In this document: piece after piece, positions 1-7,071 of the stretch
Position numbering within the stretch: the first letter of the stretch is position 1
Layout of the letters: the number at the start of each line of letters is the position of its first letter
Virus record (IMG/VR): IMGVR_UViG_3300043414_000517
Span: 1 to 26,525 of that record
From: a virus
Taxonomy: Duplodnaviria; Caudoviricetes
Strand: one strand, 5' to 3'
DNA length: 26,525 bases
Notes under the pieces: generated by a model
What the model was told of the DNA's origin: nothing
The model's database searches: none
What the model saw: only the letters and a program-made list of their open reading frames with translations
Program-made: the position numbers and the translations under genes

Positions 1-38
1 TCCATATTAACCGAGTATGTTCGTTAATTGGACTATTA

Positions 39-362
39 TTATCTTTTAAGTGATTTGTAAAGAAACTCTAGTAGATTCTGGTTTTGATATAGTATATGGC
101 AAATTCCGTTTGCTAATGAATTGCAAGATATTTCTTCAGCTTTTGCACTTAAATCTATTTTATATTCGTCATGTAGTAAGTGGAATAGTTCGTGCAACAA
201 AGTATTACTCATTTCAATAGGGTCTAATGATTTGTCTATAGTCATTAAGTTTTTGCTTGATTCAAATTCGCCAAACATATTTTTCTTAGAAGCTATATCG
301 TGTTCAATGAAGTCTAACTTAATCAGTCTGCTTCCAAAGACTATCTCGTTAGGTAAGTTCAT
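39..362 (-). CDS. HEXXH-motif metallopeptidase-like phage protein
   Basis: 107 aa with NTLLHELFHLL zinc-binding motif; start overlaps the stop of the upstream gene at 362. Confidence 0.65.
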   Translation of the reverse strand: MNLPNEIVFGSRLIKLDFIEHDIASKKNMFGEFESSKNLMTIDKSLDPIEMSNTLLHELFHLLHDEYKIDLSAKAEEISCNSLANGICHILYQNQNLLEFLYKSLKR

Positions 363-979
363 TATATTTTGCCTTTGTATTTAATTAAAATTTCCTTAAC
401 ATGATTTGTGTATAAAATGCTAGTAGAAAAGCTATCTAGTTTCTCAACTAACTTCATTGGGTCTTTTGTCTTGTTTCTTAGGTTTCTAAATTCAGAATAA
501 TGATGGTTGTTGTTAATAGTATTAAGGTAATCAGCTACACTTTTGCATTTTGTATTGTATGTTTTTATTCTCCAGTTAATTGATGGGTCTTGTTTTAATG
601 GCAGTATTCCTTCTTTTGACCAAACTCTTATTCCAAATAAATTATTTCCAAGTTCAGCAAAACGTGAAGTGCCAAAGTTGCTCTCAACTATTGATTGTGC
701 GATTATAAGACTTGTTGGTACATGCTGATCTTTAGGCAAATCAAGGTTAATATAATTTATGCACTTAGTTATAGTTGTTATGTATTTGTCGCTGGAACTT
801 GTGTCTATCTTGGGTTCATAGAATGAACCTATTGCTTTGATGTGCTTAATTGTTTCTTGCCTGATCTTTTCCTTGACAGCTTCATTGGGGAAAAATCCCC
901 CTATGAGGAATACAGAAAATAGGAATATAGCTATAATTGTATAGTCGTAGAACTTCTGCGACATAAATTTAATGTTCAT
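362..979 (-). CDS. GH73 glucosaminidase (Bax/FlgJ-like peptidoglycan hydrolase) with N-terminal membrane anchor
   Basis: IIAQSIVESNFGTSRFA..GNNLFGIR and SV.DY...IN....Y..FR motifs; hydrophobic segment IIAIFLFSVFLIGGFF. Confidence 0.8.
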   Translation of the reverse strand: MNIKFMSQKFYDYTIIAIFLFSVFLIGGFFPNEAVKEKIRQETIKHIKAIGSFYEPKIDTSSSDKYITTITKCINYINLDLPKDQHVPTSLIIAQSIVESNFGTSRFAELGNNLFGIRVWSKEGILPLKQDPSINWRIKTYNTKCKSVADYLNTINNNHHYSEFRNLRNKTKDPMKLVEKLDSFSTSILYTNHVKEILIKYKGKI

Positions 980-1029
980 TATTTTTGAGGTTACGATAAC
1001 CTTCCAGCTTTACAGCTTATCTGATTAGA

Positions 1030-1224
1030 TTATTCTTCAGTATCTTCATCTTCTTCTGAATCTTTAAAATCTTCATCTGAATCATTATCAAATTCAGAAT
1101 CTTCTTCTTCGTATTCATCAAGTGAAGCTTCTACTTTGTCCCTGATCTTAGCATTAAGATCATCAGCTTTATCTAAAAGCTTTAGGATTTGTTCTAGTGT
1201 TTTGTCCATAACTACATTTTCCAT
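1030..1224 (-). CDS. Small protein with a strongly acidic C-terminus
   Basis: 64 aa; helical N-half and D/E-rich tail (DEYEEEDSEFDNDSDEDFKDSEEDEDTEE). Confidence 0.7.
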   Translation of the reverse strand: MENVVMDKTLEQILKLLDKADDLNAKIRDKVEASLDEYEEEDSEFDNDSDEDFKDSEEDEDTEE

Positions 1225-1303
1225 TTAGTTAATAACGAATCACTAATGTTATTTTGTAATTATGTAAATATATAATTATCCTAGAGTTAAATAGTCAATA
1301 AAA

Positions 1304-1879
1304 TCAAGAGTTTAATTTTCGCAGAACCCATTTCTCATAATCCTGAGCATCAAGTCGTTCTTTCATAATTTCGTATTCGTTCTTGTCTCTTGGTTTTTCA
1401 ATGATCTTAGTTTTTAAGCTTTGCAGTATAGGTATTTCAAATTTCTTATGTTTATTAGTCATACTGCTAAGATTTACCTTATTTTTATCTATACTAGTAG
1501 TATTAGTATATATGGTTGTTGTTCTGTGCAGCGATTCTTGTTTCACCTCTGGTGGTAAATCTTGATATTTGCTATATTTAACAACAGAAAAAACACTTAA
1601 TCGTTTGTGCAAAGTTTGTTTCACATTACCTGACTTAACTAAGTTTTTTATAACAGTTGTTATTTTTCTTGTAGATAAATTAAACTTTTTAGCCAAGTCT
1701 CTGTAAGCAATAGATATTTCACCTCTTTTAAGATTTATAAGCTTTTTTCTGTAAATAACTTGTACTGGCTTATGAGAAGCCATAGCCACTAGATATAAAA
1801 ATACAGCAACTTCTAATTGATTGTTAAAATCGCTAGAATTATAAATTTTCCGGTGTAGTGCTATCCAACCATTATTCAT
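1304..1879 (-). CDS. Phage replication initiator / replisome organiser (winged-helix N-terminus)
   Basis: GWIALHRKI N-terminus, FLYLVAMASHK, LKRGEI...YRDLAKKF, VVKYSKYQ, a pattern typical of phage O-like initiators. Confidence 0.75.
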   Translation of the reverse strand: MNNGWIALHRKIYNSSDFNNQLEVAVFLYLVAMASHKPVQVIYRKKLINLKRGEISIAYRDLAKKFNLSTRKITTVIKNLVKSGNVKQTLHKRLSVFSVVKYSKYQDLPPEVKQESLHRTTTIYTNTTSIDKNKVNLSSMTNKHKKFEIPILQSLKTKIIEKPRDKNEYEIMKERLDAQDYEKWVLRKLNS

Positions 1880-2166
1880 TTTAAATCTTCCTTAACAAGT
1901 TCTATTACTTTACTTGTAAAACCTTTTAATCCATTTTTCTGTGTATCTTTAATACTTGCGTAAGCTGAGAACCAACTTTTTTTATAGTGCTTACCAATCT
2001 CATTGTATGATTGATTTGTTATTGCCCTGATGACTGCCAAGCAAACTTTTTTATGTGGAACTTCAAAGAAGTTTATTTCTTTATAAAGTTTTGTGTTGCA
2101 AAGTATCTTTTTTGTTGAGTCTATAATGTTCTGCGTAGTTAAGTTTACCATTGTATTTACCTTCAC
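1876..2166 (-). CDS. DnaA domain IV (C-terminal HTH)-like protein
   Basis: KKVCLAVIRAITNQSYNEIGKHYKKSWFSAYASIK resembles the DnaA_C pattern AMYL.R.LT..SL.EIG..F.RDHTTV..A.RKI; start codon uncertain. Confidence 0.55.
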   Translation of the reverse strand: MKVNTMVNLTTQNIIDSTKKILCNTKLYKEINFFEVPHKKVCLAVIRAITNQSYNEIGKHYKKSWFSAYASIKDTQKNGLKGFTSKVIELVKEDLK

Positions 2167-2476
2167 TCTTTCCTTTGTTGATTTTATCGCATGGAGAAAT
2201 TGTACTTATCTTCATGGCGATAGCAACTGGGTTTATATTAAATTTATAGAAAAAAGCAAGTTCTCCTATTTTGTGTTGGAGTACATGACAATTATTACAC
2301 ATTGGTATTGTAAAAAAATCGTCTCTTACACCCTTACCAACATTACCTAGTTTAGGGATTGACCTTATATGGCAGCATTGAACTTCAGTATCATTACCAC
2401 AAACAACGCATGGAAAAGATGCTACAAATCTTCTGTGCTTCTCAGAGTGGATTATGTTTGCCTTCGGTATTTGCAC
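2081..2476 (-). CDS. DUF968/HNH-like zinc-binding nuclease-family protein
   Basis: PCVVCG, CCHIR, G.G...D.FTIPMCNNCH..QH; GTG start overlaps the upstream TAG. Confidence 0.7.
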   Translation of the reverse strand: MQIPKANIIHSEKHRRFVASFPCVVCGNDTEVQCCHIRSIPKLGNVGKGVRDDFFTIPMCNNCHVLQHKIGELAFFYKFNINPVAIAMKISTISPCDKINKGKSEGKYNGKLNYAEHYRLNKKDTLQHKTL

Positions 2477-2625
2477 TACTTATATTTTTTAGCTTTTTGT
2501 CTGGCCTTAGATGCAACTGATAAAGCTATTGCTATACTTTGCTTTTGAGAATGGCCTTTTTTGAACTCCCTGCTAATATTCTTTGAAATGCTTTTAGAAC
2601 TGTAACCTTTAATAATTGGACTCAT
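2476..2625 (-). CDS. Small basic phage protein (49 aa, not in ORF track)
   Basis: MSPIIKGYSSKSISKNISREFKKGHSQKQSIAIALSVASKARQKAKKYK; GGAG RBS upstream; stop overlaps next start. Confidence 0.75.
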   Translation of the reverse strand: MSPIIKGYSSKSISKNISREFKKGHSQKQSIAIALSVASKARQKAKKYK

Positions 2626-2646
2626 TTATTCTCCATTGGTTTAACG

Positions 2647-2678
2647 TGGGCAAAAAAGGGAAGGCACTTTTCTACCCA
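2647..2678. other. Imperfect hairpin in the leader of the leftward operon
   Basis: tgggcaaaaaag...cttttctaccca arms enclosing ggaaggca. Confidence 0.5.
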
Positions 2679-2699
2679 CAATTACAATTACATTAGATA

Positions 2700-2714
2700 G
2701 AACAAAATGGCAAC
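2700..2714. promoter_or_regulatory. Alphaproteobacterial-type LexA (SOS) box
   Basis: GAAC-aaaatgg-CAAC versus consensus GAAC-N7-GAAC (one mismatch); overlaps a minus-strand TTGCCA -35-like hexamer. Confidence 0.55.
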
Positions 2715-2718
2715 ACTT

Positions 2719-2731
2719 TAAGTCATTGTTT
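2719..2731 (-). promoter_or_regulatory. IHF-like binding site
   Basis: taagtcattgttt is the reverse complement of WATCAANNNNTTR with one mismatch. Confidence 0.35.
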
Positions 2732-2752
2732 TTAAGGCATATTACTTTTATA

Positions 2753-2761
2753 TTATCCACA
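2753..2761 (+). promoter_or_regulatory. Perfect DnaA box
   Basis: TTATCCACA in the divergent intergenic region. Confidence 0.6.
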
Positions 2762-2780
2762 AGTATTTTGATATTTAAAG

Positions 2781-2813
2781 TTGCAACAAGAAAACAAATC
2801 ATTATATTGTTTT
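2781..2813 (+). promoter_or_regulatory. Sigma70-like early promoter with overlapping inverted repeat (candidate operator)
   Basis: TTGCAA-16 bp-TATATT; aaaacaa-N9-ttgtttt at 2791-2813 spans the -10. Confidence 0.5.
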
Positions 2814-2838
2814 TATATTAATAAACATAAAGGGAAAT

Positions 2839-3273
2839 ATGAAATATATAATTAAACTAAACGACAAAATTATAAGCAAAAGAAATACTATAAGAGTTTA
2901 TAATTATTGTTGGGTAAGAGTTGTCCAAAGAACGGAAACTACTTATTTTTATAAAAATACTGGAGAAACAATTTCTTTTAAAGACAAATATCCATTTACA
3001 AAAGAAATAGTTTTAAATGGTCAAATGGTTAATCAAAGTGAAGATTCTTATTGGGAATATAAAGATCACATTGACGAAACAAAAACTATTACAAAACTTT
3101 TAAATGATACTTATGTTTTTAATGAGTGTTCTTTAAACCCAAATTCAAGCTGGGTTGAATGGAAACAAAGTAGATTACTATTTTCTGAAATGGGTAAATT
3201 TTCAGAAGAAGTAAATGGTGTTAGAACTGTTGAGTTCAAGCACTATGCAAGTACAGAAAAAAAAGTAGCTTAA
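2839..3273 (+). CDS. Hypothetical early protein
   Basis: 144 aa ORF with AAGGGA RBS, first gene after the promoter. Confidence 0.75.
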   Translation: MKYIIKLNDKIISKRNTIRVYNYCWVRVVQRTETTYFYKNTGETISFKDKYPFTKEIVLNGQMVNQSEDSYWEYKDHIDETKTITKLLNDTYVFNECSLNPNSSWVEWKQSRLLFSEMGKFSEEVNGVRTVEFKHYASTEKKVA

Positions 3274-3282
3274 TAAATTAAC

Positions 3283-3304
3283 TGGGTGGTGTAAAAGCCA
3301 CCCA
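3283..3304 (+). other. GC-rich hairpin with GUAAAA loop and no U-tract
   Basis: tgggtggt-gtaaaa-gccaccca between two genes. Confidence 0.7.
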
Positions 3305-3321
3305 AAACAAAGGAAGGAAAT

Positions 3322-3513
3322 ATGAACTGTCTAAACTGTAAAGACTTTGGAGTTAAAAAATCTTGGGACGGGTGGAGAACCTATGCCAATGTAAGTGATG
3401 GTACAAATAGTGGCTTGATGCCAATTAATTGGGCTAATGGTTTATTTAAAACAAAATCAGCAGCAAACAAATCAATTAAAAAATTAGCAGCAGAATGGGG
3501 TTGGAACAAATGA
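3322..3513 (+). CDS. Hypothetical early protein
   Basis: 63 aa, N-terminal CxxC, AAGGAAGG RBS. Confidence 0.7.
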   Translation: MNCLNCKDFGVKKSWDGWRTYANVSDGTNSGLMPINWANGLFKTKSAANKSIKKLAAEWGWNK

Positions 3514-3929
3514 AAAAAGAAATACAAGTTAAAGTTAGTGGTAATATGCTTGAAGAACTAAAATATCTTTCATCATTACCATCAATAGAAGAAGATAAAA
3601 AAGCATATAAGATTAAAAAACAAATAAATAATTATCTTTATGAATTTAATACTTATGGTCTTTTAAAACCAAAAGAAACTATTATTAATATCAAACAAGA
3701 AGAATTTAAGATTTGGTATTTTTGGTGGTTGTTTGAAAAAAATGAAACAAGTTTAGAATCAAAACAAACTGGCTTAAAATATAATAAAGATTTACACGCA
3801 GAACGTATGGAACTGTTTGTTAAACTTATGAATTATTTTTCTCCTATAATAGCAGCAGAAGCATTAAAACGTGGGCAAACAAAACAAGAAGATAAAACAA
3901 TAGCTACTTACAACATAACAATTAATTAA
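3510..3929 (+). CDS. Hypothetical early protein
   Basis: ORF track gives 3495; ATGA overlap with the upstream stop favours 3510. Confidence 0.65.
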   Translation: MKKEIQVKVSGNMLEELKYLSSLPSIEEDKKAYKIKKQINNYLYEFNTYGLLKPKETIINIKQEEFKIWYFWWLFEKNETSLESKQTGLKYNKDLHAERMELFVKLMNYFSPIIAAEALKRGQTKQEDKTIATYNITIN

Positions 3930-3930
3930 T

Positions 3931-4020
3931 ATGAAAAAACAATTAGCAAAACTATTAAAAGCTTATCATAAGAAGTTTGATTGCTTTGGGAACTTAATTA
4001 AATGCAAAAAAAAGAAATAG
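3931..4020 (+). CDS. Micro-ORF, basic 29 aa
   Basis: MKKQLAKLLKAYHKKFDCFGNLIKCKKKK, fills the gap between neighbours. Confidence 0.45.
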   Translation: MKKQLAKLLKAYHKKFDCFGNLIKCKKKK

Positions 4021-4184
4021 AAATGATCTTTTCAATGACTGATTTTGAAATGAAGCTTGTATTAGAGTCTATAAAAAAGACATTAGTTGAAAAAACAATG
4101 GAAAATAATAGACATAATACTTCTTTGAAAAGACTGCAAATCAAAATAGTAAGAATGGTAGAAAGACAAAAACCTTATGTATGA
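4002..4184 (+). CDS. Hypothetical protein
   Basis: 60 aa ORF in the tiled early operon. Confidence 0.55.
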   Translation: MQKKEIEMIFSMTDFEMKLVLESIKKTLVEKTMENNRHNTSLKRLQIKIVRMVERQKPYV

Positions 4185-4263
4185 ACTAATTAATGATGTT
4201 GGATTTTGGTGGTTTTGTTTTTCAATTATTTTGGCAATTTTAATATGGGAGAATGGTAAATGA
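4177..4263 (+). CDS. Micro membrane peptide (28 aa)
   Basis: MYELINDVGFWWFCFSIILAILIWENGK; overlaps both neighbours. Confidence 0.55.
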   Translation: MYELINDVGFWWFCFSIILAILIWENGK

Positions 4264-4352
4264 GTAGAGAAAATAAAGATGGATTGTTATTTCTGGTAGC
4301 ATTTGTTATTGGAATTGCAAATATTTTATTAATGTATTTTTTATTATATTAG
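4260..4352 (+). CDS. Micro membrane peptide (30 aa)
   Basis: MSRENKDGLLFLVAFVIGIANILLMYFLLY; ATGA overlap and GGAG upstream. Confidence 0.6.
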   Translation: MSRENKDGLLFLVAFVIGIANILLMYFLLY

Positions 4353-4529
4353 ATGAAAAAATCTATTGATATAGATATACTGAATGGTTGTGCTGAAATT
4401 ATGCAAAAGTATTTTGTTGTACAGGAATTTTCAGGAAGCAAAATATCAAGCTATGAAAAAGCAATTTACAACGCATTAAAACTAGCTATAAAAGGCAAAG
4501 GCAAAGATGAACTTTTTAAAAAAAGATAA
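4353..4529 (+). CDS. Hypothetical protein (58 aa)
   Basis: MKKSIDIDILNGCAEIMQKY...; starts directly after the previous stop. Confidence 0.6.
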   Translation: MKKSIDIDILNGCAEIMQKYFVVQEFSGSKISSYEKAIYNALKLAIKGKGKDELFKKR

Positions 4530-4662
4530 TAGTAAAGCATTAGGAGATTCCATTATGCGTGTTAAAATGGAAGAAGCTTTAAAAAAGTACCAAGAACGAT
4601 TAGAGAAACAAAAACTGGAGAAGGCAAATGACAACAAAGACAGATCACAAACTAGCAACTAG
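4507..4662 (+). CDS. Hypothetical coiled-coil peptide (51 aa)
   Basis: MNFLKKDNSKALGDSIMRVKMEEALKKYQERLEKQK... Confidence 0.5.
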   Translation: MNFLKKDNSKALGDSIMRVKMEEALKKYQERLEKQKLEKANDNKDRSQTSN

Positions 4663-4855
4663 AGTCTTAGAAATTTTAGTAAAGAATCGTAGAACCGAAA
4701 CTTTATTGGAATACATAACTTTAGCTTGGAAGCAAAAACCAATTTTAAAAAAAATTGATATTGCTAATATCCAAACTGAAGATTACTTAACCAAAACAAA
4801 TAAAGGGAAAAATGAAAACATTATTAAGTTTAATAATTATTTTATTGCTAAATAA
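4628..4855 (+). CDS. Hypothetical protein
   Basis: 75 aa, GGAGAAGG RBS. Confidence 0.65.
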   Translation: MTTKTDHKLATRVLEILVKNRRTETLLEYITLAWKQKPILKKIDIANIQTEDYLTKTNKGKNENIIKFNNYFIAK

Positions 4856-5120
4856 TTGTAGTACATACTCGCCAATAATTGACTCCAAAGGGAGATCAGG
4901 AAGTTGGAATGAAGCCAGAGCAACGGAGATCACAGATGATATACACCATTGTAGAATGTTAGCTGACCAACATTTAACTTCAAGCACAGAAGCACAAGCT
5001 TGGATTATTACTAATATACTTCGTCCAATGTCGCTGGGTGTTGTTCAGGTAAGTGAAGATACTAAAAAAAATTACATTAAAAAATGTTTGGCTGGACGCA
5101 ACCATAATGTGATTAACTAG
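4812..5120 (+). CDS. Putative lipoprotein
   Basis: MKTLLSLIIILLLNNC signal/lipobox-like Cys; two further Cys; AAGGGA RBS. Confidence 0.7.
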   Translation: MKTLLSLIIILLLNNCSTYSPIIDSKGRSGSWNEARATEITDDIHHCRMLADQHLTSSTEAQAWIITNILRPMSLGVVQVSEDTKKNYIKKCLAGRNHNVIN

Positions 5121-5127
5121 GAGAAAT

Positions 5128-5358
5128 ATGATAACTGTAAAACAAGAAATAGAACGACTATTTTTGAAGTCTCAAAAGAATCCACATATTGTTCAAACTT
5201 ACTTTGAATACTATTATGCTCTTTTAGATCACAGCGATTTAACTTTAGATGAGTTCTATAAGTTATATCCACAATATGATGTTGAAAAAACAGACTCATT
5301 ATATTGGCAACAATTTATGAAACAATGGAAGGAAACATGGACACAAGACAAAGCATAA
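5128..5358 (+). CDS. Hypothetical protein
   Basis: 76 aa, AGGAG RBS. Confidence 0.7.
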   Translation: MITVKQEIERLFLKSQKNPHIVQTYFEYYYALLDHSDLTLDEFYKLYPQYDVEKTDSLYWQQFMKQWKETWTQDKA

Positions 5359-5636
5359 CAAACACATTAGCAAGTAACGTAAAGTTCTTGCGAATAAACA
5401 CTAAAGTAGAAGAAGCAGTAACTGGTAAAGTCAGATATATGAGCCAAAGACAATTAGCTGAATTTATTGGTTCAATAACACAACAGGTTTCTAAATTTGA
5501 ACTTGCAAAAAACCAAATGAGTGCAATTCAACTTTATAAAGTTTCAAAACTATTTGAAGTTTCTGTTGATAGTTTGTTTGGAGATTTAACCAAAACAGAC
5601 TATAAGAAAACAATTAAACAAGATATTTATGCTTGA
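5337..5636 (+). CDS. XRE/Cro-type HTH transcriptional regulator
   Basis: NVKFLR...MSQRQLAEFIGSITQQVSKFELAKNQMSAIQLYKVSKLFEVSVDSLF; start moved to 5337 because of the GGAAGG RBS. Confidence 0.85.
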   Translation: MDTRQSITNTLASNVKFLRINTKVEEAVTGKVRYMSQRQLAEFIGSITQQVSKFELAKNQMSAIQLYKVSKLFEVSVDSLFGDLTKTDYKKTIKQDIYA

Positions 5637-5697
5637 AGTTTTATTTATAGTAATAATTTTTATTGTATTATTATATCTAATAAGCATAACAAACTAA
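5629..5697 (+). CDS. Micro membrane peptide (22 aa)
   Basis: MLEVLFIVIIFIVLLYLISITN. Confidence 0.4.
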   Translation: MLEVLFIVIIFIVLLYLISITN

Positions 5698-5719
5698 TAA
5701 ACAAAAAAGGGAAGGTAAA

Positions 5720-6457
5720 ATGGAAGAAATCAAACTATACGAAGGCAAAGAAACATTATTCTTTGACCAAGCTGCACATCAATACTTTTGGAACAATGAA
5801 CAGTTGCCTAGTGCCACCGGCATAACCAAAATATTGACACCGGCAAACGTGATCGGCATGTGGAGTTCTAAAATTTGTAGCGAAGAATTTAAGAAGTTAA
5901 TTAGAGCAGGTGTTAGCTATGATGAGATTGAGTTAATTAAAATTGCAGATCAAATTAAAAAAGCACCAAATCAAAGTATGGGAGATGCTGGTTTAATTGG
6001 AACTCAGGTACACAATTTAATTGAAGATTATATTCATAAAGGAATTACTCCTGAGATTATTAATCCTGAGATTAAAAAATCATTTGGTAAATTTAAAGAA
6101 TGGTATGATAAACAAGAAGGCCTAGAAATTGTTTTTACTGAACGCAAAGTTCTTAGTCGTATTCATAAATTTACTGGAACTCTTGATGCTATATTTAAAA
6201 ACAAATCTGGCGAACATATTATCTATGACTGGAAGTCTAGTTCAGGAATTAGAGATTCTATGTTTGTCCAAATTTATCTTTATAAGATTTGTGTTAAAGA
6301 AGAACTTGGGATTGATGTTAAGCAAGGTGTAATTGTTAATTGCACTAAGCAAGGTAAATTAAATATTAAGGAATTTCCAATAAACGAAATACAGGAAGAA
6401 GTAGCGATTGCCTGTCTAAAAATGTATCGCTACTTAAACCAAAAAGGAGAAAAATAA
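5720..6457 (+). CDS. PD-(D/E)XK exonuclease (phage recombination type)
   Basis: LPSATGIT, GTQVHNLIE, E...FTGTLDA...IYDWKSS...QIYLY. Confidence 0.85.
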   Translation: MEEIKLYEGKETLFFDQAAHQYFWNNEQLPSATGITKILTPANVIGMWSSKICSEEFKKLIRAGVSYDEIELIKIADQIKKAPNQSMGDAGLIGTQVHNLIEDYIHKGITPEIINPEIKKSFGKFKEWYDKQEGLEIVFTERKVLSRIHKFTGTLDAIFKNKSGEHIIYDWKSSSGIRDSMFVQIYLYKICVKEELGIDVKQGVIVNCTKQGKLNIKEFPINEIQEEVAIACLKMYRYLNQKGEK

Positions 6458-6458
6458 C

Positions 6459-6968
6459 ATGAACGTACAAGGAGTAATAAAATACGTTTACGATAACAGA
6501 CTTGGAAAAGACGGAATGACCAATAAATTTCCTAATTTCAAATTTGGAATCGGAGAACAACAAATAGTTTTATGGAGTGCCATACTCCACCCTGCCATAT
6601 CTAAGGGAAAAACTGTTTCCGTAACTTGTGGTGCTTCTAAAAAGAATGGTAGTTTGTTTGTTCTTACTAAAGAAGATAAAAGCCCAATGATACAGGAGTT
6701 GCCTACTAGTGCTAATGCCAAACCTGATGTTAGCTTCAATGTTGATGACTTTGAGTCTGAAAACTTTAACGAAGCAGTAACTAGTATTGAAAAAGACATG
6801 GCTAGTTCTCCAGTAGCAACTAAAGCTTTTAACAAAGATGAATATATGTTTGTTATGGCTTTGGCTAAATCAGCTATTGAATCTGGTAAAGTTAATGTTA
6901 ATAAGGAAGAAGTTGATTTGTTGATTAAGGATTTAAAGTTCTTATTCCAAGTTAATTTCTGTAAATAA
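6459..6968 (+). CDS. Putative single-stranded DNA-binding/recombination protein
   Basis: Beta-rich OB-like N-half, acidic/aromatic linker (DVSFNVDDFESENF), located after the exonuclease. Confidence 0.45.
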   Translation: MNVQGVIKYVYDNRLGKDGMTNKFPNFKFGIGEQQIVLWSAILHPAISKGKTVSVTCGASKKNGSLFVLTKEDKSPMIQELPTSANAKPDVSFNVDDFESENFNEAVTSIEKDMASSPVATKAFNKDEYMFVMALAKSAIESGKVNVNKEEVDLLIKDLKFLFQVNFCK

Positions 6969-6973
6969 TATTC

Positions 6974-7036
6974 TTATGGCGAGGGTTCTTTTTGATTCGT
7001 AGAATCTCATAAATCCCTTATGACACTCTCGCCATA
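6974..7036 (+). ncRNA. Candidate structured RNA (three-way junction)
   Basis: Outer stem tatggcgagggt/actctcgccata enclosing gattc-gta-gaatc and tcataa-atccc-ttatga hairpins. Confidence 0.45.
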
Positions 7037-7039
7037 TAC

Positions 7040-7067
7040 TTGCAAAATGTTATAAAAAATATATAAG
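7040..7067 (+). promoter_or_regulatory. Sigma70-like promoter, possibly giving a leaderless transcript
   Basis: TTGCAA-16 bp-TATAAG, ATG at 7072 with no SD. Confidence 0.4.
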
Positions 7068-7071
7068 TAAA

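Noticed and set aside
1243-1270. dif-like sequence (ttgtaa-ttatgtaaata) suggesting XerCD-mediated integration
   Set aside because: Only the XerD-like arm resembles dif; there is no convincing XerC arm and the context is very AT-rich.
121-2350. Plus-strand ORFs 121-384, 543-728, 1383-1565 and 2093-2350
   Set aside because: Antisense shadows of well-supported minus-strand genes.
3868-3879. 12-mer AACGTGGGCAAA also present at 2643-2654
   Set aside because: One copy is inside a coding region, and 12-bp matches are expected by chance at this length.
5720-6457. Cas4/CRISPR association of the exonuclease
   Set aside because: No four-Cys Fe-S pattern and no repeat-spacer array in the window.
6974-7036. 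tRNA gene
   Set aside because: Only two inner arms and no T-loop or anticodon-arm consensus.
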